Below are positions 17,930 through 28,712 of a stretch of DNA of 61,957 nt, piece by piece. Origin of the DNA: an uncultured Desulfobacterales bacterium (lineage in GTDB: Bacteria; Desulfobacterota; Desulfobacteria; Desulfobacterales; JAFDDL01). The stretch's first letter is position 1. Each line of letters begins with the position of its first letter. The DNA is taken from positions 8,308-70,264 of the forward strand of contig CAYOXD010000003.1 of assembly GCA_964407825.1 (NCBI GenBank), given 5' to 3'. The position numbers were made by a program, and so were the translations under genes. The notes beneath the pieces were generated by a model. That model saw only the letters and a program-made list of their open reading frames with translations. It ran no database searches and had not been told where the DNA came from.

Positions 17930-18601
17930 ATGTTTTTCAAACGGGTTAAAAAAGGCTTGAAGAGCGAGTACGCACAGCGTCAGTTCTATATGATGTCCAA
18001 TCTTGGCCTTTTCTATCTGATCATTATCGCCCTTTTTGCCATCCCCCTGCTGGGTGCTTTTGTCGTGGTGCTGATCATGGGAGTGAACGACTACCGCCAC
18101 CTCATTCTCCTCGCCGGCTTGTTGGGTGGAGCGCTGGTGCTCTATTTTGTGGGCAAATCCTTTTTCAGGTTCCTTCGAAGGGTGCGCGATGACGGCCTGG
18201 CCACCTTTCAGGAGGCAAACCGCCAGGCCCGGGACGGCGCCGGAATGGTGCAAATTGCCATGTTCAAGGGGCTTTTATCCTTTACGGTGAGCTCCGGTCA
18301 GCGGGAGCAGGCTCCCCCCGGGCTACCAGAGGGCAGCACACCGCTGGCCCTTCCAGAGGTTCCAGAGCAGGACCGTCAGGCCCCCGACCCGGTACGTCAG
18401 ATCCGGGAACTGAAGGAAATGCTCGAGGATGGCACCATTGACGAGTGTGAATTTCAAGACCTCAAGGCGGCGGTGATTCGCCAGGCCCGGGACTGCCCTT
18501 CCCCCTCGGAGGCCTCAGAACCGCCCTTGAATTATGATTCGGATGCGTATATGGCGGAGGATCTATCGGATATTGACCCCCAATCCAGCTACTCACACTA
18601 G
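17930..18601 (+). CDS. Membrane protein with C-terminal SHOCT-like helix
   Basis: Two N-terminal TM helices; IRELKEMLEDGTIDECEFQDLK resembles SHOCT. Confidence 0.6.
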   Translation: MFFKRVKKGLKSEYAQRQFYMMSNLGLFYLIIIALFAIPLLGAFVVVLIMGVNDYRHLILLAGLLGGALVLYFVGKSFFRFLRRVRDDGLATFQEANRQARDGAGMVQIAMFKGLLSFTVSSGQREQAPPGLPEGSTPLALPEVPEQDRQAPDPVRQIRELKEMLEDGTIDECEFQDLKAAVIRQARDCPSPSEASEPPLNYDSDAYMAEDLSDIDPQSSYSH

Positions 18602-18623
18602 AAGGAGAGCGCAAACTTCGCCC

Positions 18624-19976
18624 ATGTCCCAATCAGTCGCCCATACCGAAGGCCGGATCTATTCGGTTTCAAAACTCACCCAAGAAATTAAATCTTTACT
18701 TGAAGATAAGTATCCATTTGTCTGGATTACTGGTGAAATATCGAATCTTGGAACCCCTTCATCCGGTCATGCCTACTTCACCCTGCGGGACAGCCGGGCA
18801 CAGATTGGCGCGGTCATGTTTCGCGGCCAGAACCGTCAGCTGAAGTTCGACCTGGCCGACGGGATGCAGGTGACGGGTCTGGCCAGGATCAATGTTTACG
18901 AGCCCCGGGGGGTATACCAGCTCATTTTTGAGTTCCTTGAGCCCAAGGGCGCCGGCGCGCTGCAGATCGCATTCGAACAGCTGAAACAACGGCTGGCGGA
19001 CGAGGGGCTCTTCGATCCCTCCCGCAAGAGGCCTCTGCCCTATTTGCCTCGGAAACTCGCCCTCATCACCTCTCCCACCGGAGCGGTAATCCACGACATG
19101 ATCCGAATACTGGAGCGCCGATTTCCCGGCCTGTCGCTTCTCATCATCCCCGTTGCCGTGCAGGGGGATAGGGCTGCGGCGGAAATTGTCGAGGCCCTCG
19201 ACCTGTTGCGCAGGGTTTCGGATATCGATGTGGCGATTCTTGCCCGGGGCGGCGGCTCCATCGAGGATCTGCAGGCCTTCAACGATGAGTCCGTGGCACG
19301 CGCCATCCACGCTGCGAGCGTGCCGGTGATATCGGCGGTCGGACATGAGACGGATTTCACCATTGCCGACTTTGTGGCTGATCTGCGCGCCCCGACCCCT
19401 TCGGCCGCTGCTGAACTGGTGGTACCGTTGAGATACGAGCTGGTTCGTCGGATCGCCACGCTGTCCCAGCGTCTCATATCTTGTTTTAATAAAAATGTCG
19501 ACAACTTGAGGTCGGAGCTCACACGTCTGGACCGCCATCTGGTGGACCCCAGAAAGCGGATGCACGATCAGCGTATCCGGCTGGATGAGCTGATGGGCCG
19601 ATTGACACGCACCGGCTCCGAGCAGATGGCCCTGCGCAGGGAGCGCCTCGGATGGCGGATCGGCCGTCTGCGCGCCTTCGGCGCGGCGGGCAGATGGGCC
19701 CGCCTTCGTGAGAAACTGCAGCGGTTGACCCATGACCTCATCAACGCCCGCCGGATGTATCACCGGTCAAGACGGCAGCAGCTTCGTGAGCTCATGGCGC
19801 AGCTGCATGCCTTGAGTCCCCTGGCCATTCTGAGCAGGGGGTACAGCATCACCCGAACGGTCCCGCAGGCGCTGGTGGTCAGGGATTGCACCCAGGTGGT
19901 TCCCGGCCAGACCTTGGAAATTCTCCTCAGCCGGGGTGCCCTGACGGTGCGTGTCAGGGAGATGACAAACCGATGA
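18624..19976 (+). CDS. xseA: Exodeoxyribonuclease VII large subunit
   Basis: SVSKLT, GEISN, SGHAYF, ARGGGSIEDL and VGHETDFTIADFVAD.RAPTPSAAAE. Confidence 0.96.
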   Translation: MSQSVAHTEGRIYSVSKLTQEIKSLLEDKYPFVWITGEISNLGTPSSGHAYFTLRDSRAQIGAVMFRGQNRQLKFDLADGMQVTGLARINVYEPRGVYQLIFEFLEPKGAGALQIAFEQLKQRLADEGLFDPSRKRPLPYLPRKLALITSPTGAVIHDMIRILERRFPGLSLLIIPVAVQGDRAAAEIVEALDLLRRVSDIDVAILARGGGSIEDLQAFNDESVARAIHAASVPVISAVGHETDFTIADFVADLRAPTPSAAAELVVPLRYELVRRIATLSQRLISCFNKNVDNLRSELTRLDRHLVDPRKRMHDQRIRLDELMGRLTRTGSEQMALRRERLGWRIGRLRAFGAAGRWARLREKLQRLTHDLINARRMYHRSRRQQLRELMAQLHALSPLAILSRGYSITRTVPQALVVRDCTQVVPGQTLEILLSRGALTVRVREMTNR

Positions 19977-19997
19977 TCCCCCCCCATAGGACGGTCA

Positions 19998-20225
19998 ATG
20001 GCGACTAAAACATTTGAAAAGGCAATGCAGCAGCTGGAGAAAATAGTGGAGGAGCTCGATGCCGGCGAACTGCCGCTGGAAGCCTCCCTTAAAAAATTCG
20101 AGGAGGCCGTGGCCCTTTCCAGGTACTGCTCAGAGAAACTCGACGAATCGGAAAAGAGAATCGCCCTTTTGCTAAAGACTCCTGACGGCGGTCTCGAGGA
20201 ACACCCCCTGGATGAGGAGCCCTGA
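19998..20225 (+). CDS. xseB: Exodeoxyribonuclease VII small subunit
   Basis: FEKAMQQLEKIVEEL..GELPLE.SL..FEE. Follows xseA. Confidence 0.95.
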   Translation: MATKTFEKAMQQLEKIVEELDAGELPLEASLKKFEEAVALSRYCSEKLDESEKRIALLLKTPDGGLEEHPLDEEP

Positions 20226-20237
20226 ATCGGATACGCT

Positions 20238-21137
20238 ATGTTTGAATTAAAATCTTATCTGAATGAGAAACGCCAATGGATCAACGGAGCCTTGGAGGCG
20301 CAGCTGACCGCCGCCACGGTCCCCGGAAGGCTTGCCGATGCCATGCACTACGCCGTCATGGCCGGTGGGAAACGCCTTCGGCCCATCCTGTGCACGGCAG
20401 CCGCCGAGGCCGCCGGTGGGCCGTGGAATGAGCCTGCCCTGCTCCTCTCGGCCTGTTCCCTGGAATTCATCCACACCTATTCCCTGATCCACGACGATCT
20501 GCCGGCAATGGACGATGACGCCCTTCGCAGGGGGAAGCCGACCTGCCATATGGCCTTTGACGAGGCCACGGCCATTCTGGCAGGCGATGCCCTGCTGACG
20601 CTGGCCTTCGAGGTGCTCACCAGCGGTTTTGCGTCATCGGGAGGCCCGCCTGCCGCGGATTGGCTCCGGGTCATCCGCCACATTTCGCAGGGAGCAGGCG
20701 CCCGGGGGATGGTGGAGGGACAAATGCGGGATCTGGCCTCCGAAGGGCTCAGCCTCTCCCTCGAAGCGCTCGAAGCCCTTCACGGACTGAAAACCGGCGC
20801 CCTCATTCGGGCCTCGGTCGCTGCCGGGGCCACGTTGGGCCGGGCAGAAAGGGAGCAGGCGGACGCGCTGGACACCTATGCCCGTCATATCGGCATGGCC
20901 TTTCAGGTGGCCGATGATATCCTGAACGTGACGGGCGACGCCGCCCTCATGGGAAAGGCTGTTGGAACCGACCAGGCCCGGGGCAAGAACACCTATCCCG
21001 GCCTCATGGGGCTGGCGGAAGCCGGGGAAAAAGCCCGGATCCACGTAGAAAGTGCCCTTGGCGCCCTGGACCGTTTCGACAGCCGTGCGGATCCGCTGCG
21101 CGCCATTGCGCGCTATGTCATTGAACGCAAGAGATGA
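20238..21137 (+). CDS. ispA: Farnesyl/geranyl diphosphate synthase
   Basis: [29 protein letters not shown] and FQVADDILN. Confidence 0.93.
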   Translation: MFELKSYLNEKRQWINGALEAQLTAATVPGRLADAMHYAVMAGGKRLRPILCTAAAEAAGGPWNEPALLLSACSLEFIHTYSLIHDDLPAMDDDALRRGKPTCHMAFDEATAILAGDALLTLAFEVLTSGFASSGGPPAADWLRVIRHISQGAGARGMVEGQMRDLASEGLSLSLEALEALHGLKTGALIRASVAAGATLGRAEREQADALDTYARHIGMAFQVADDILNVTGDAALMGKAVGTDQARGKNTYPGLMGLAEAGEKARIHVESALGALDRFDSRADPLRAIARYVIERKR

Positions 21138-23077
21138 GAATGAAAAATAAGGTTGACCGTGTGCTGAACAAATTGTGTTACCTAAACCAAATCGATTCCC
21201 CGGCGGACCTCAAATCGCTTCCGCGCAGCGCCCTCCCGGCGCTGGCCAAGGAGATCCGGGAGCAAATCGTGGAGGTGGTGTCAAAGACCGGCGGCCACAT
21301 AGCCTCCAGCCTCGGGGCCGTCGAACTGGCCATTGCAATTCACTATGTCTTCAATACGCCGTCGGACAAGGTGATCTGGGATGTGGGGCACCAGGCCTAC
21401 GCCCACAAGCTGCTTACGGGAAGGCGCGAGCGCTTTGCAACACTGCGCCAGCAGGGAGGTCTTGCCGGTTTTACCCGGATGAGCGAAAGCCCCTACGATG
21501 CCTTCACCACCGGCCACAGCAGCACCTCCATCTCCGCAGGTCTGGGCATGGCCGCGGCCAAGCGCCTCAAGGGCGAACACGACAAGGTGATCGCCGTCAT
21601 TGGGGATGGCTCCATGACCGCGGGCATGGCCTACGAGGGGCTCAATCAGGCCGGCGATATCCACAAGGACCTCATCGTCATCCTGAATGACAACGACATG
21701 TCCATCGCGAAGAATGTCGGCGCCCTTTCCTCTTTTCTGAGCCGGGCATTTTCCAAAAGAAGGCTTCAGGAGCTGCGCAAGGAATTTGGCGATTTCTTGA
21801 AATCACTGCCGAAAATAGGCGACGATGTATACAATTTCGCAAAGCGATCGGAAGAATCCTTCAAAACTTTTATTACGCCAGGCATGCTTTTTGAGGCGTT
21901 CGATTTCGAGTACTTCGGCCCCATCAACGGCCACAGGCTCAATCATTTGATCGACATTTTGAACAATATAAAGTGCTTCAATGAACCTGTCCTGCTTCAT
22001 GTCACCACCCACAAGGGCAAGGGCTATGCACCAGCGGAGAAGAACCCCGTCTACTTTCACGGGGTGGGGTGCTTCGAGGTGGAAACGGGCGCAAGCCTGG
22101 CTGCGCCATGCTCGGTGCCGAGCTATACCCAGATCTTCGGGGATACCATGGTCAAGCTCGCTGAGGAGGATCCCCGCATTGTGGCCGTAACAGCGGCCAT
22201 GCCCGAGGGGACGGGCCTCGTGCCCTTCTCGAAGCGCTTCCCCGACCGTTTTTTCGATGTGGGCATCGCCGAACAGCACGGGGTCACCTTTGCCGCGGGG
22301 TTGGCGGCCGAGGGCATGAGACCGGTGGTAGCCATCTACTCCACCTTCCTGCAGCGGGCCTATGACCAGATCCTGCACGATGTGTGTATCGAATCGCTGC
22401 CGGTGGTGTTCGCACTGGATCGCGGGGGTATCGTGGGTGAAGACGGATCGACCCACCACGGCCTCTTCGATCTTTCTTTTCTCAGATGCCTGCCCAACAT
22501 GGTACTCATGGCGCCTAAGGATGAAAACGAGCTTGCCCGGATGCTCCGGACCGCCCTGGCGCATGACGGTCCCATAGCATTTCGCTATCCACGGGGAAGC
22601 GGCACCGGTGTTCCCGTCGATCCGCAGATCCCTCCCCTGCCCATCGGTAAAGGGGAGATCTTGACCCAGGGCGAGCATGTGCTTCTCCTGGCCATCGGAC
22701 GTTCCGTGAACGATGCGCTACTGGCGGCAAAGATCTTATCGGTCGACGGCATCCATGCGACAGTGGTCAACTGCAGATTTATAAAGCCCCTCGATGCTAC
22801 GCTGATCCATGATCTGGCAAACCGGATACCCAGAATTCTCACCATCGAGGAAAATATACGGCAGGGGGGATTCGGCAGCGCCGTTCTGGAATGTTTGAGC
22901 GACCGAGGCGCCACGGGGTACAGGTTGAGACGCATCGGTATTGGAGATACGTTTGTGGAGCACGGCTCCCAGAAGCTCCTTCGCAGCCAGCAGGGCCTCG
23001 ATGCAAACGCCATTGCTGCGGCCGCTCGGCAGCTCCTCGAAGGCCCCGTAGGAGGAACGACTCCCGTCAAAGGGTGA
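21134..23077 (+). CDS. dxs: 1-deoxy-D-xylulose-5-phosphate synthase
   Basis: [31 protein letters not shown] and DVGIAEQH. Confidence 0.97.
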   Translation: MRMKNKVDRVLNKLCYLNQIDSPADLKSLPRSALPALAKEIREQIVEVVSKTGGHIASSLGAVELAIAIHYVFNTPSDKVIWDVGHQAYAHKLLTGRRERFATLRQQGGLAGFTRMSESPYDAFTTGHSSTSISAGLGMAAAKRLKGEHDKVIAVIGDGSMTAGMAYEGLNQAGDIHKDLIVILNDNDMSIAKNVGALSSFLSRAFSKRRLQELRKEFGDFLKSLPKIGDDVYNFAKRSEESFKTFITPGMLFEAFDFEYFGPINGHRLNHLIDILNNIKCFNEPVLLHVTTHKGKGYAPAEKNPVYFHGVGCFEVETGASLAAPCSVPSYTQIFGDTMVKLAEEDPRIVAVTAAMPEGTGLVPFSKRFPDRFFDVGIAEQHGVTFAAGLAAEGMRPVVAIYSTFLQRAYDQILHDVCIESLPVVFALDRGGIVGEDGSTHHGLFDLSFLRCLPNMVLMAPKDENELARMLRTALAHDGPIAFRYPRGSGTGVPVDPQIPPLPIGKGEILTQGEHVLLLAIGRSVNDALLAAKILSVDGIHATVVNCRFIKPLDATLIHDLANRIPRILTIEENIRQGGFGSAVLECLSDRGATGYRLRRIGIGDTFVEHGSQKLLRSQQGLDANAIAAAARQLLEGPVGGTTPVKG

Positions 23078-23083
23078 ACATGC

Positions 23084-23851
23084 ATGGCTGATAGAAAAAT
23101 CCGGCTGGACCGGCTTCTCGTCGACAGGGGCTTGGTGCGCAGCAGGGAACGGGCCCGGGCCCGGATCATGGCCGGCGAGGTGCTGGTCAACCGCTTTCCG
23201 GTGGACAAACCGGGCACCCAGGTGGAAGCGAGCGCCCACGTGGAAATGAGGGGCCGGGACCTGCCCTACGTCAGCCGCGGCGGCTTGAAGCTGGCAGCCG
23301 CTCTGGAAGCTCTCTCATTGGATATCCGGAATTTCGACTGCATGGACGTAGGGGCCTCCACTGGCGGATTCACCGACTGCCTTCTGCAGCACGGCGTACG
23401 CCGGGTGTTCGCGGTGGATGTGGGCTACGGCCAGTTGGCCTGGAAGCTGCGCCAGGATGCCCGGGTGGTAGTGATGGAGAGGACCAACATACGCCATCTA
23501 CCAGCCGAAAGCATCGAGACCCGGATGGACCTGATCACAATCGATGTTTCCTTTATATCCTTGAAGATCGTCGTGCCGGCGGCTCAGAAATTCCTGAAGC
23601 CGGACGCGACGATCCTGGCCCTCATCAAACCCCAGTTCGAAGTAGGCCGCGCCCTGTTGGGAAAGGGCGGTGTGGTTCGCGACAGGCGGCTGCATGACCG
23701 GGTGATCCATGAACTCACCGCTTTTTTTTCGGGACTCGCGCTGGAGGCGGAAGGGATCATCCCCTCACCCATTGAAGGACCCAAGGGCAACCGGGAATTT
23801 CTGATTTACCTGAGGCCGTCCAGCGGCGGAGGAACCCATTTTTGTCCTTGA
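23084..23851 (+). CDS. tlyA: TlyA rRNA (cytidine-2'-O)-methyltransferase
   Basis: S4 domain RLDRLL, YVSRGGLKL, DVGASTGGFTD and LIKPQFE. Confidence 0.95.
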   Translation: MADRKIRLDRLLVDRGLVRSRERARARIMAGEVLVNRFPVDKPGTQVEASAHVEMRGRDLPYVSRGGLKLAAALEALSLDIRNFDCMDVGASTGGFTDCLLQHGVRRVFAVDVGYGQLAWKLRQDARVVVMERTNIRHLPAESIETRMDLITIDVSFISLKIVVPAAQKFLKPDATILALIKPQFEVGRALLGKGGVVRDRRLHDRVIHELTAFFSGLALEAEGIIPSPIEGPKGNREFLIYLRPSSGGGTHFCP

Positions 23852-23945
23852 TTTTTATAGATGAAACATATAAAAAATCATATTTTAACACTTGGTCATC
23901 TATCCAGTACGGGGTGTCTCAATATTTTTGCAGAGAGGAGCTTAA

Positions 23946-26018
23946 GTGACTGAAATGGTTGAACTTTTGAGAAGCATCGCCTTCGTTGCCCACGGCGGCG
24001 CGGGGAAGACCTCTCTTGCCGAAGTCCTGTTGTACAACACCAGCGTGACCAACAGACTGGGCAAGGTCGAGGAAGGCAATACCGTGATGGATTTCGAGCC
24101 GGAGGAACTCAAGCGAAAATCAAGCATCAGCACCGGTATTCATCAATTCCCATGGAAAAAACACAGCGTTAACATTCTGGACACGCCAGGAGACCAGAAT
24201 TTTTTCTCCGACACCCGAAACTGCATGCAGGCCGCCGACAGTATCGTCCTGGTGATCGACGCAGTGGACGGGGTCAAGGTGCAGACGGAAATGGGATGGG
24301 AATTTGCCGAGGAATTCAACCTCCCCGTGGTCATCTTTATCAACAAGCTGGACCGGGAACGATCCGATTTTACCAGGACATTTCAGGATGCCGTGAATTG
24401 TTTCACGCCGAAGCCGATTCTGCTCCAACTGCCCATCGGTTCCGAAGCCGATTTCCAAGGAGTGGTGGACCTCGTGGAAATGAAAGCCTACCGGTACGAC
24501 GAGAAGGGCAAAGCCTCTGTCGTGGACATACCCGAGGACATGAAGGATCAGGTGGAATCCGAACGCGAGGCCCTGATCGAAAACGTCGCCGAGGCCGATG
24601 ACGCCCTCCTTGAAAGATATCTCGAAGGCGATATCCCGTCCGATGAGGAAATCAAGGCAGCCCTCAAAGCCGGCACGCTTTCCCGCGCCTTTGCACCGGT
24701 GGTATGCGGCTCTGCTACGAAGAATGTGGGCATCGACCTGGTAGCCGATATCATGGTCAATTGTCTGCCCTCCCCCCTGGATCGCGGCGGCATCAGTGCC
24801 ATGGGGGATACCGAAGACAAGGAGATTGTATGTGAGCCGGATCCGGACGCTCCGTTTGCCGGTTTTGTGTTCAAGACGATTTCGGATCCCTATGCCGGCC
24901 GGCTTTCCATCTTCCGGGTTGTGTCCGGGACCCTGGGGGGGGATGGGATTCTTTACAATACCAGAAAGCAGGCAAAGGAGCGTTACAGCCAGCTACTGCG
25001 TCTGGCAGGCAAGGAACAGAAGCCTTGCGATAGTGCAGGGCCGGGTGCCATCGTTGCCGTGGCCAAGCTCAAGGACACCGGCACTGGTGATACCCTGTGC
25101 GCGGAAAGTCGCAAGGTTGCCTTCAGCTGCAGCGAGCCCCTGCCCTGTCTGATCTCCTACGCGGTAGCGGCACGGAACAAGGGAGACGAGGACAAGGTGT
25201 TCTCGTCCCTTAACAGACTCTTGGAAGAGGATCCCGCGCTCAAGCTGACTCGGAACTCGGAAACAAAGGAGATCCTGCTTTCCGGACGCGGTGAAATCCA
25301 CATTGAAACGGCTGTGGAAAAGGTCAAACGAAAATTCAATGTGGAGGTCGACCTCAAGCCACCCAAAGTCCCCTATCGGGAAACCATCAAGAAAAAGGTC
25401 CGGGTCCAGGGACGGCACAAGAAGCAGACCGGGGGACATGGCCAATTCGGAGACTGCTGGATCCGGATGGAACCCCTGTCCCGGGGGACCGGCTTCGAGT
25501 TCGTGGATGCCATTGTGGGAGGCGTCATCCCGAAAACCTATATTCCGGCCGTGGAAAAGGGCATTGTCGAATCTTCGGCCAAGGGCATCCTCGCGGGCTA
25601 CCCGGTGGTGGACTTCAAGGTCAGTCTGGACGATGGATCCTTCCACGCGGTGGACTCATCCGAAATGGCCTTCAAGATCGCCGGATCCCTGGCATTCAAA
25701 AAGGCCCTGCAGGAGGCCAACCCCGTGCTGCTGGAACCCATCATGACCGTTTCCATCACCACACCTGACGAATTCATGGGCGATATCATGGGGGATCTCA
25801 ACAGCCGGCGGGGGCGCGTCCTGGGCATGGACAGCAAGGGAAAGAATCAGGTTATCAACGCGCAGGTACCCATGTCCGAGTTTTTGACCTATGCCATGGA
25901 TCTTCGTTCCATGACCGGCGGCCGAGGGGTGTTCTCAATGGACTTCTCCCACTATGACGAGGTGCCGGCCCAGTTGGCCCAGAAGATCATCGAGGAGGTA
26001 AATCGGGAAAAGGGGTAG
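23946..26018 (+). CDS. fusA: Elongation factor G paralogue (EF-G2-like)
   Basis: AHGGAGKT, DTPG, NKLD, KKQTGGHGQF and DSSEMAF. 690 aa; not in a str operon. Confidence 0.9.
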   Translation: MTEMVELLRSIAFVAHGGAGKTSLAEVLLYNTSVTNRLGKVEEGNTVMDFEPEELKRKSSISTGIHQFPWKKHSVNILDTPGDQNFFSDTRNCMQAADSIVLVIDAVDGVKVQTEMGWEFAEEFNLPVVIFINKLDRERSDFTRTFQDAVNCFTPKPILLQLPIGSEADFQGVVDLVEMKAYRYDEKGKASVVDIPEDMKDQVESEREALIENVAEADDALLERYLEGDIPSDEEIKAALKAGTLSRAFAPVVCGSATKNVGIDLVADIMVNCLPSPLDRGGISAMGDTEDKEIVCEPDPDAPFAGFVFKTISDPYAGRLSIFRVVSGTLGGDGILYNTRKQAKERYSQLLRLAGKEQKPCDSAGPGAIVAVAKLKDTGTGDTLCAESRKVAFSCSEPLPCLISYAVAARNKGDEDKVFSSLNRLLEEDPALKLTRNSETKEILLSGRGEIHIETAVEKVKRKFNVEVDLKPPKVPYRETIKKKVRVQGRHKKQTGGHGQFGDCWIRMEPLSRGTGFEFVDAIVGGVIPKTYIPAVEKGIVESSAKGILAGYPVVDFKVSLDDGSFHAVDSSEMAFKIAGSLAFKKALQEANPVLLEPIMTVSITTPDEFMGDIMGDLNSRRGRVLGMDSKGKNQVINAQVPMSEFLTYAMDLRSMTGGRGVFSMDFSHYDEVPAQLAQKIIEEVNREKG

Positions 26019-26048
26019 ATCCGGTCCGCCAGGACTGAACGGGGGGGG

Positions 26049-27167
26049 TCAGGGCCGCACCCCGCAGTGACGTGTCGCGGCCTCGTCGAGCATCTGGGCG
26101 AGCCCCCCCCTTTCTTCTGGGATAAAGCCGAGGGCTTTCCGCCAGACCTCGTCGTCCTCCATGCAAAGATACACCGTCAGCCCCGGAGCCAATTCCCGGA
26201 ACCAGGACACCATCTTCCGGTAGAGTGCGATCCGTAACGGCTTGAAGTACCGCATTTTACCGTCCAGGCCGGTTATGAACTCGCCATAAACGATTTTCGA
26301 GCTGGGGAAACGCCGTTGGACGATGGGCTTTAGGGCAGCCATGAACCGAAAGGTGCCAAGGCTTACCCAGACGATGCGCTCCGGCGGAACCCGGGAAACG
26401 ATCGCCTCCACCACCTCACGGTAGCCTGCCTCGCATCCCTCGTAGAGAACCATGGGGTCGAAGTGAAACGCCACGGGATAGCCCCACCGCGCACATTTAG
26501 CCGCGGCGTCCAGCCGTGCATCGAGACTGGCCGTGCCCCGTTCCTCCTTGCGGATCACCTCCCGGGTGTTGAGGGACCACGCCATGATGGTCTTGCCCCC
26601 ATGGGAGAGGGACCTGACCCCATCGATGTAAACCGTCTTCGACTTGAGTTCCAGAACAGCCCGGGGCTGGGCCGCGAATTTCGGAATCAGAAACCGCGAA
26701 AGATCGGCTGCCGGCTCCCATATCAGGCTATCGGTGAACTCACCCGTGCCGACACGGTGGATCCCGGCCGTTGAAAACAGCGTCTCCAATTCCATGGAAA
26801 GATCGTCGTGGTTCACGAAGAATTGCAGAAGCGGCGGGTGAAAATAGGACTGGAGGATACAGTAGCTGCAGTCCATGCCGCAGTAAGTGCCTATATGGAG
26901 GATTTTGTAACCGCAGCAGGTATAGTGCTGGGTGCCCGGGCACGCCTTGATGAAGGCCCCCCGGTTTCGGGTGAGAAATAGTCGCCTTTTCCCCTCCAAC
27001 TCAGGATCCGGGCCCGCCTCCGCCAACTCCCTGAAGACGGTATCCGCACCTTGAACGATCCGGCAGGAGACCCCGGGAAAGCGGGCTTTGATGCGCACTG
27101 CAACGGGATCCTCCGCCACGCATCGATCGATGTAAAGCGCCGAGAGCTTCACCCTTCCAACACGCAT
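26049..27167 (-). CDS. Spore photoproduct lyase family radical SAM protein
   Basis: CGMDCSYC (CxxxCxxC) followed by LQSYF, GTGEFTDSL, LELKSK, WSLN and FHFDP. Confidence 0.82.
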   Translation of the reverse strand: MRVGRVKLSALYIDRCVAEDPVAVRIKARFPGVSCRIVQGADTVFRELAEAGPDPELEGKRRLFLTRNRGAFIKACPGTQHYTCCGYKILHIGTYCGMDCSYCILQSYFHPPLLQFFVNHDDLSMELETLFSTAGIHRVGTGEFTDSLIWEPAADLSRFLIPKFAAQPRAVLELKSKTVYIDGVRSLSHGGKTIMAWSLNTREVIRKEERGTASLDARLDAAAKCARWGYPVAFHFDPMVLYEGCEAGYREVVEAIVSRVPPERIVWVSLGTFRFMAALKPIVQRRFPSSKIVYGEFITGLDGKMRYFKPLRIALYRKMVSWFRELAPGLTVYLCMEDDEVWRKALGFIPEERGGLAQMLDEAATRHCGVRP

Positions 27168-27772
27168 CAGACCAGCTGGCAGACCATGTCCAGGGCCGTT
27201 TCCAGATCCATTTTCCCCATGTTCAGTACCAGATGGTACAGCTGGGGCCGGTCATAGTCTTCTATTCCAAATTTCCGGTATAGATTCGCCCGGCGTCTCT
27301 CCTCTGCCTCGACCGTATTCGATGCCTGCTTGTTGGACAGATGATACTTCTTCTCGATAAACGCCACTCGGTGATCCCTGCCGGCGATCAAAAGGATGTG
27401 CACCGCATCCTTTCGATCCTTCAAGACATATTGACTTCCCCTGCCAATGATAACGGCATTGCCCTCGTCCGCGATCTTGGTGATGATCGTACGAAGGGCA
27501 TCTACATAGATCTCCTCGTCGATATATCCGCGTTCGTTGGATATGACTCGGTCCACCAGGGATTTGGATAGAAGACTCGCCACGATCTTCTGAAAGGGTT
27601 TTCCCGCATCCTTTTCCATGGACGTCACCCAGTCCGTGGAAACATTCGCCTTTTCGGCAACCATCTGCAAAATTTCATTATCAAAGAGCGCATATCCGAG
27701 TTTTTTTGAAATCATTTCCCCCAGCGTCAATCCACCGGCACCAAATTGGCGTGAAATGGTCACAACAGCCAT
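27167..27772 (-). CDS. Cytidylate kinase-like family protein
   Basis: VTISRQFGAGG, VIIGRGS and YHLVLN. Confidence 0.85.
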   Translation of the reverse strand: MAVVTISRQFGAGGLTLGEMISKKLGYALFDNEILQMVAEKANVSTDWVTSMEKDAGKPFQKIVASLLSKSLVDRVISNERGYIDEEIYVDALRTIITKIADEGNAVIIGRGSQYVLKDRKDAVHILLIAGRDHRVAFIEKKYHLSNKQASNTVEAEERRRANLYRKFGIEDYDRPQLYHLVLNMGKMDLETALDMVCQLV

Positions 27773-27913
27773 GTATACCTCCTTCTCTGTCCCAAAAGAC
27801 GCTCCCTCGAAATCAGCCATCGCCAGGAAAGCCGAACGCATAATTATTTTTTTAACATGTTCGCGTGGGTATATCAAAGCAAATCGGTTGCAGTCATTGA
27901 GAATACACCGTCA

Positions 27914-28603
27914 TCAGAGCGACGGAGCGGCAGCTCCGTCAGGCGTGGGGCGAGGAGAGGGTGAAGCCGACGGGGAAGAATTTTTGATGCCTCTGGAGAA
28001 AATCTCAAAGGCGCTGTCGAGAGTGAGCATCTTTGGCCCCTCCTCCGTTGCGACGCGCTGACTTTCATCATAGAGCACGGCCCCTGAGAAGACGGCCCAC
28101 AGGACCGCCGCCAAAGTATCCGGTGGGCAGTCGATAAAGGTTCCTGCGTGCATCCCTTTTCGCAGGATGTCGGCCATGGCATCGACAATTCGGCAGGTAT
28201 GGGACTGGATTTCGGAAACCAGCTCCTCGGTGAGGTGTTTGAGGGTATCGCTGGCCTGAAGCCGGAAGGTATGAATCAAAATCCAGGAATCGAAAGCGCA
28301 GGCATCGTACAGAACATCCTTCAATTTGGAGAGCCGCTGCTCCGGGCTGAGGCCTGTCTCCTCGCACAGGGCTTCGAGGCGGGAAATGAGATATTTCAGT
28401 ATCTTTATGGACAGGGCAGCGAACAGTTCATCCTTGTTCTTGAAGTAGAGATAGAGCGTTCCCGGGCTCAGCTCCGCCTCCCGGGCGATATCCTCGACGG
28501 TAGCGCCGTTGAACCCCTTGGAGGCAAAGAGCTTTTTGGCAGCCACCAGAATTTGCCGCCGGCGGTGTTCTTTCTCCCGTTTTCTTCTTTCTTGTAAGCC
28601 CAT
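27914..28603 (-). CDS. TetR/AcrR family transcriptional regulator
   Basis: HTH KGFNGATVEDIAREAELSPGTLYLYFKNKDEL. Confidence 0.92.
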   Translation of the reverse strand: MGLQERRKREKEHRRRQILVAAKKLFASKGFNGATVEDIAREAELSPGTLYLYFKNKDELFAALSIKILKYLISRLEALCEETGLSPEQRLSKLKDVLYDACAFDSWILIHTFRLQASDTLKHLTEELVSEIQSHTCRIVDAMADILRKGMHAGTFIDCPPDTLAAVLWAVFSGAVLYDESQRVATEEGPKMLTLDSAFEIFSRGIKNSSPSASPSPRPTPDGAAAPSL

Positions 28604-28637
28604 ATATATAATGAATTATATTTATTTGCTGCAATTC

Positions 28638-28666
28638 TATATAGGAAATAGAAACAGGTTTGTCAA
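28638..28666 (-). promoter_or_regulatory. Possible sigma70 promoter of the TetR gene
   Basis: Minus strand TTGACA (28666-28661), 17 nt, TATATA in an AT-rich intergenic region. The -10 is imperfect. Confidence 0.4.
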
Positions 28667-28712
28667 GAAAATGGTTTACAACATCGCATCGATATCACAT
28701 TATCCCGGATTG

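Noticed and set aside
27921-27940. Perfect 8-bp hairpin GACGGAGC-GGCA-GCTCCGTC at the TetR 3' end
   Set aside because: No U-tract on either strand; cannot be called a terminator from sequence alone.
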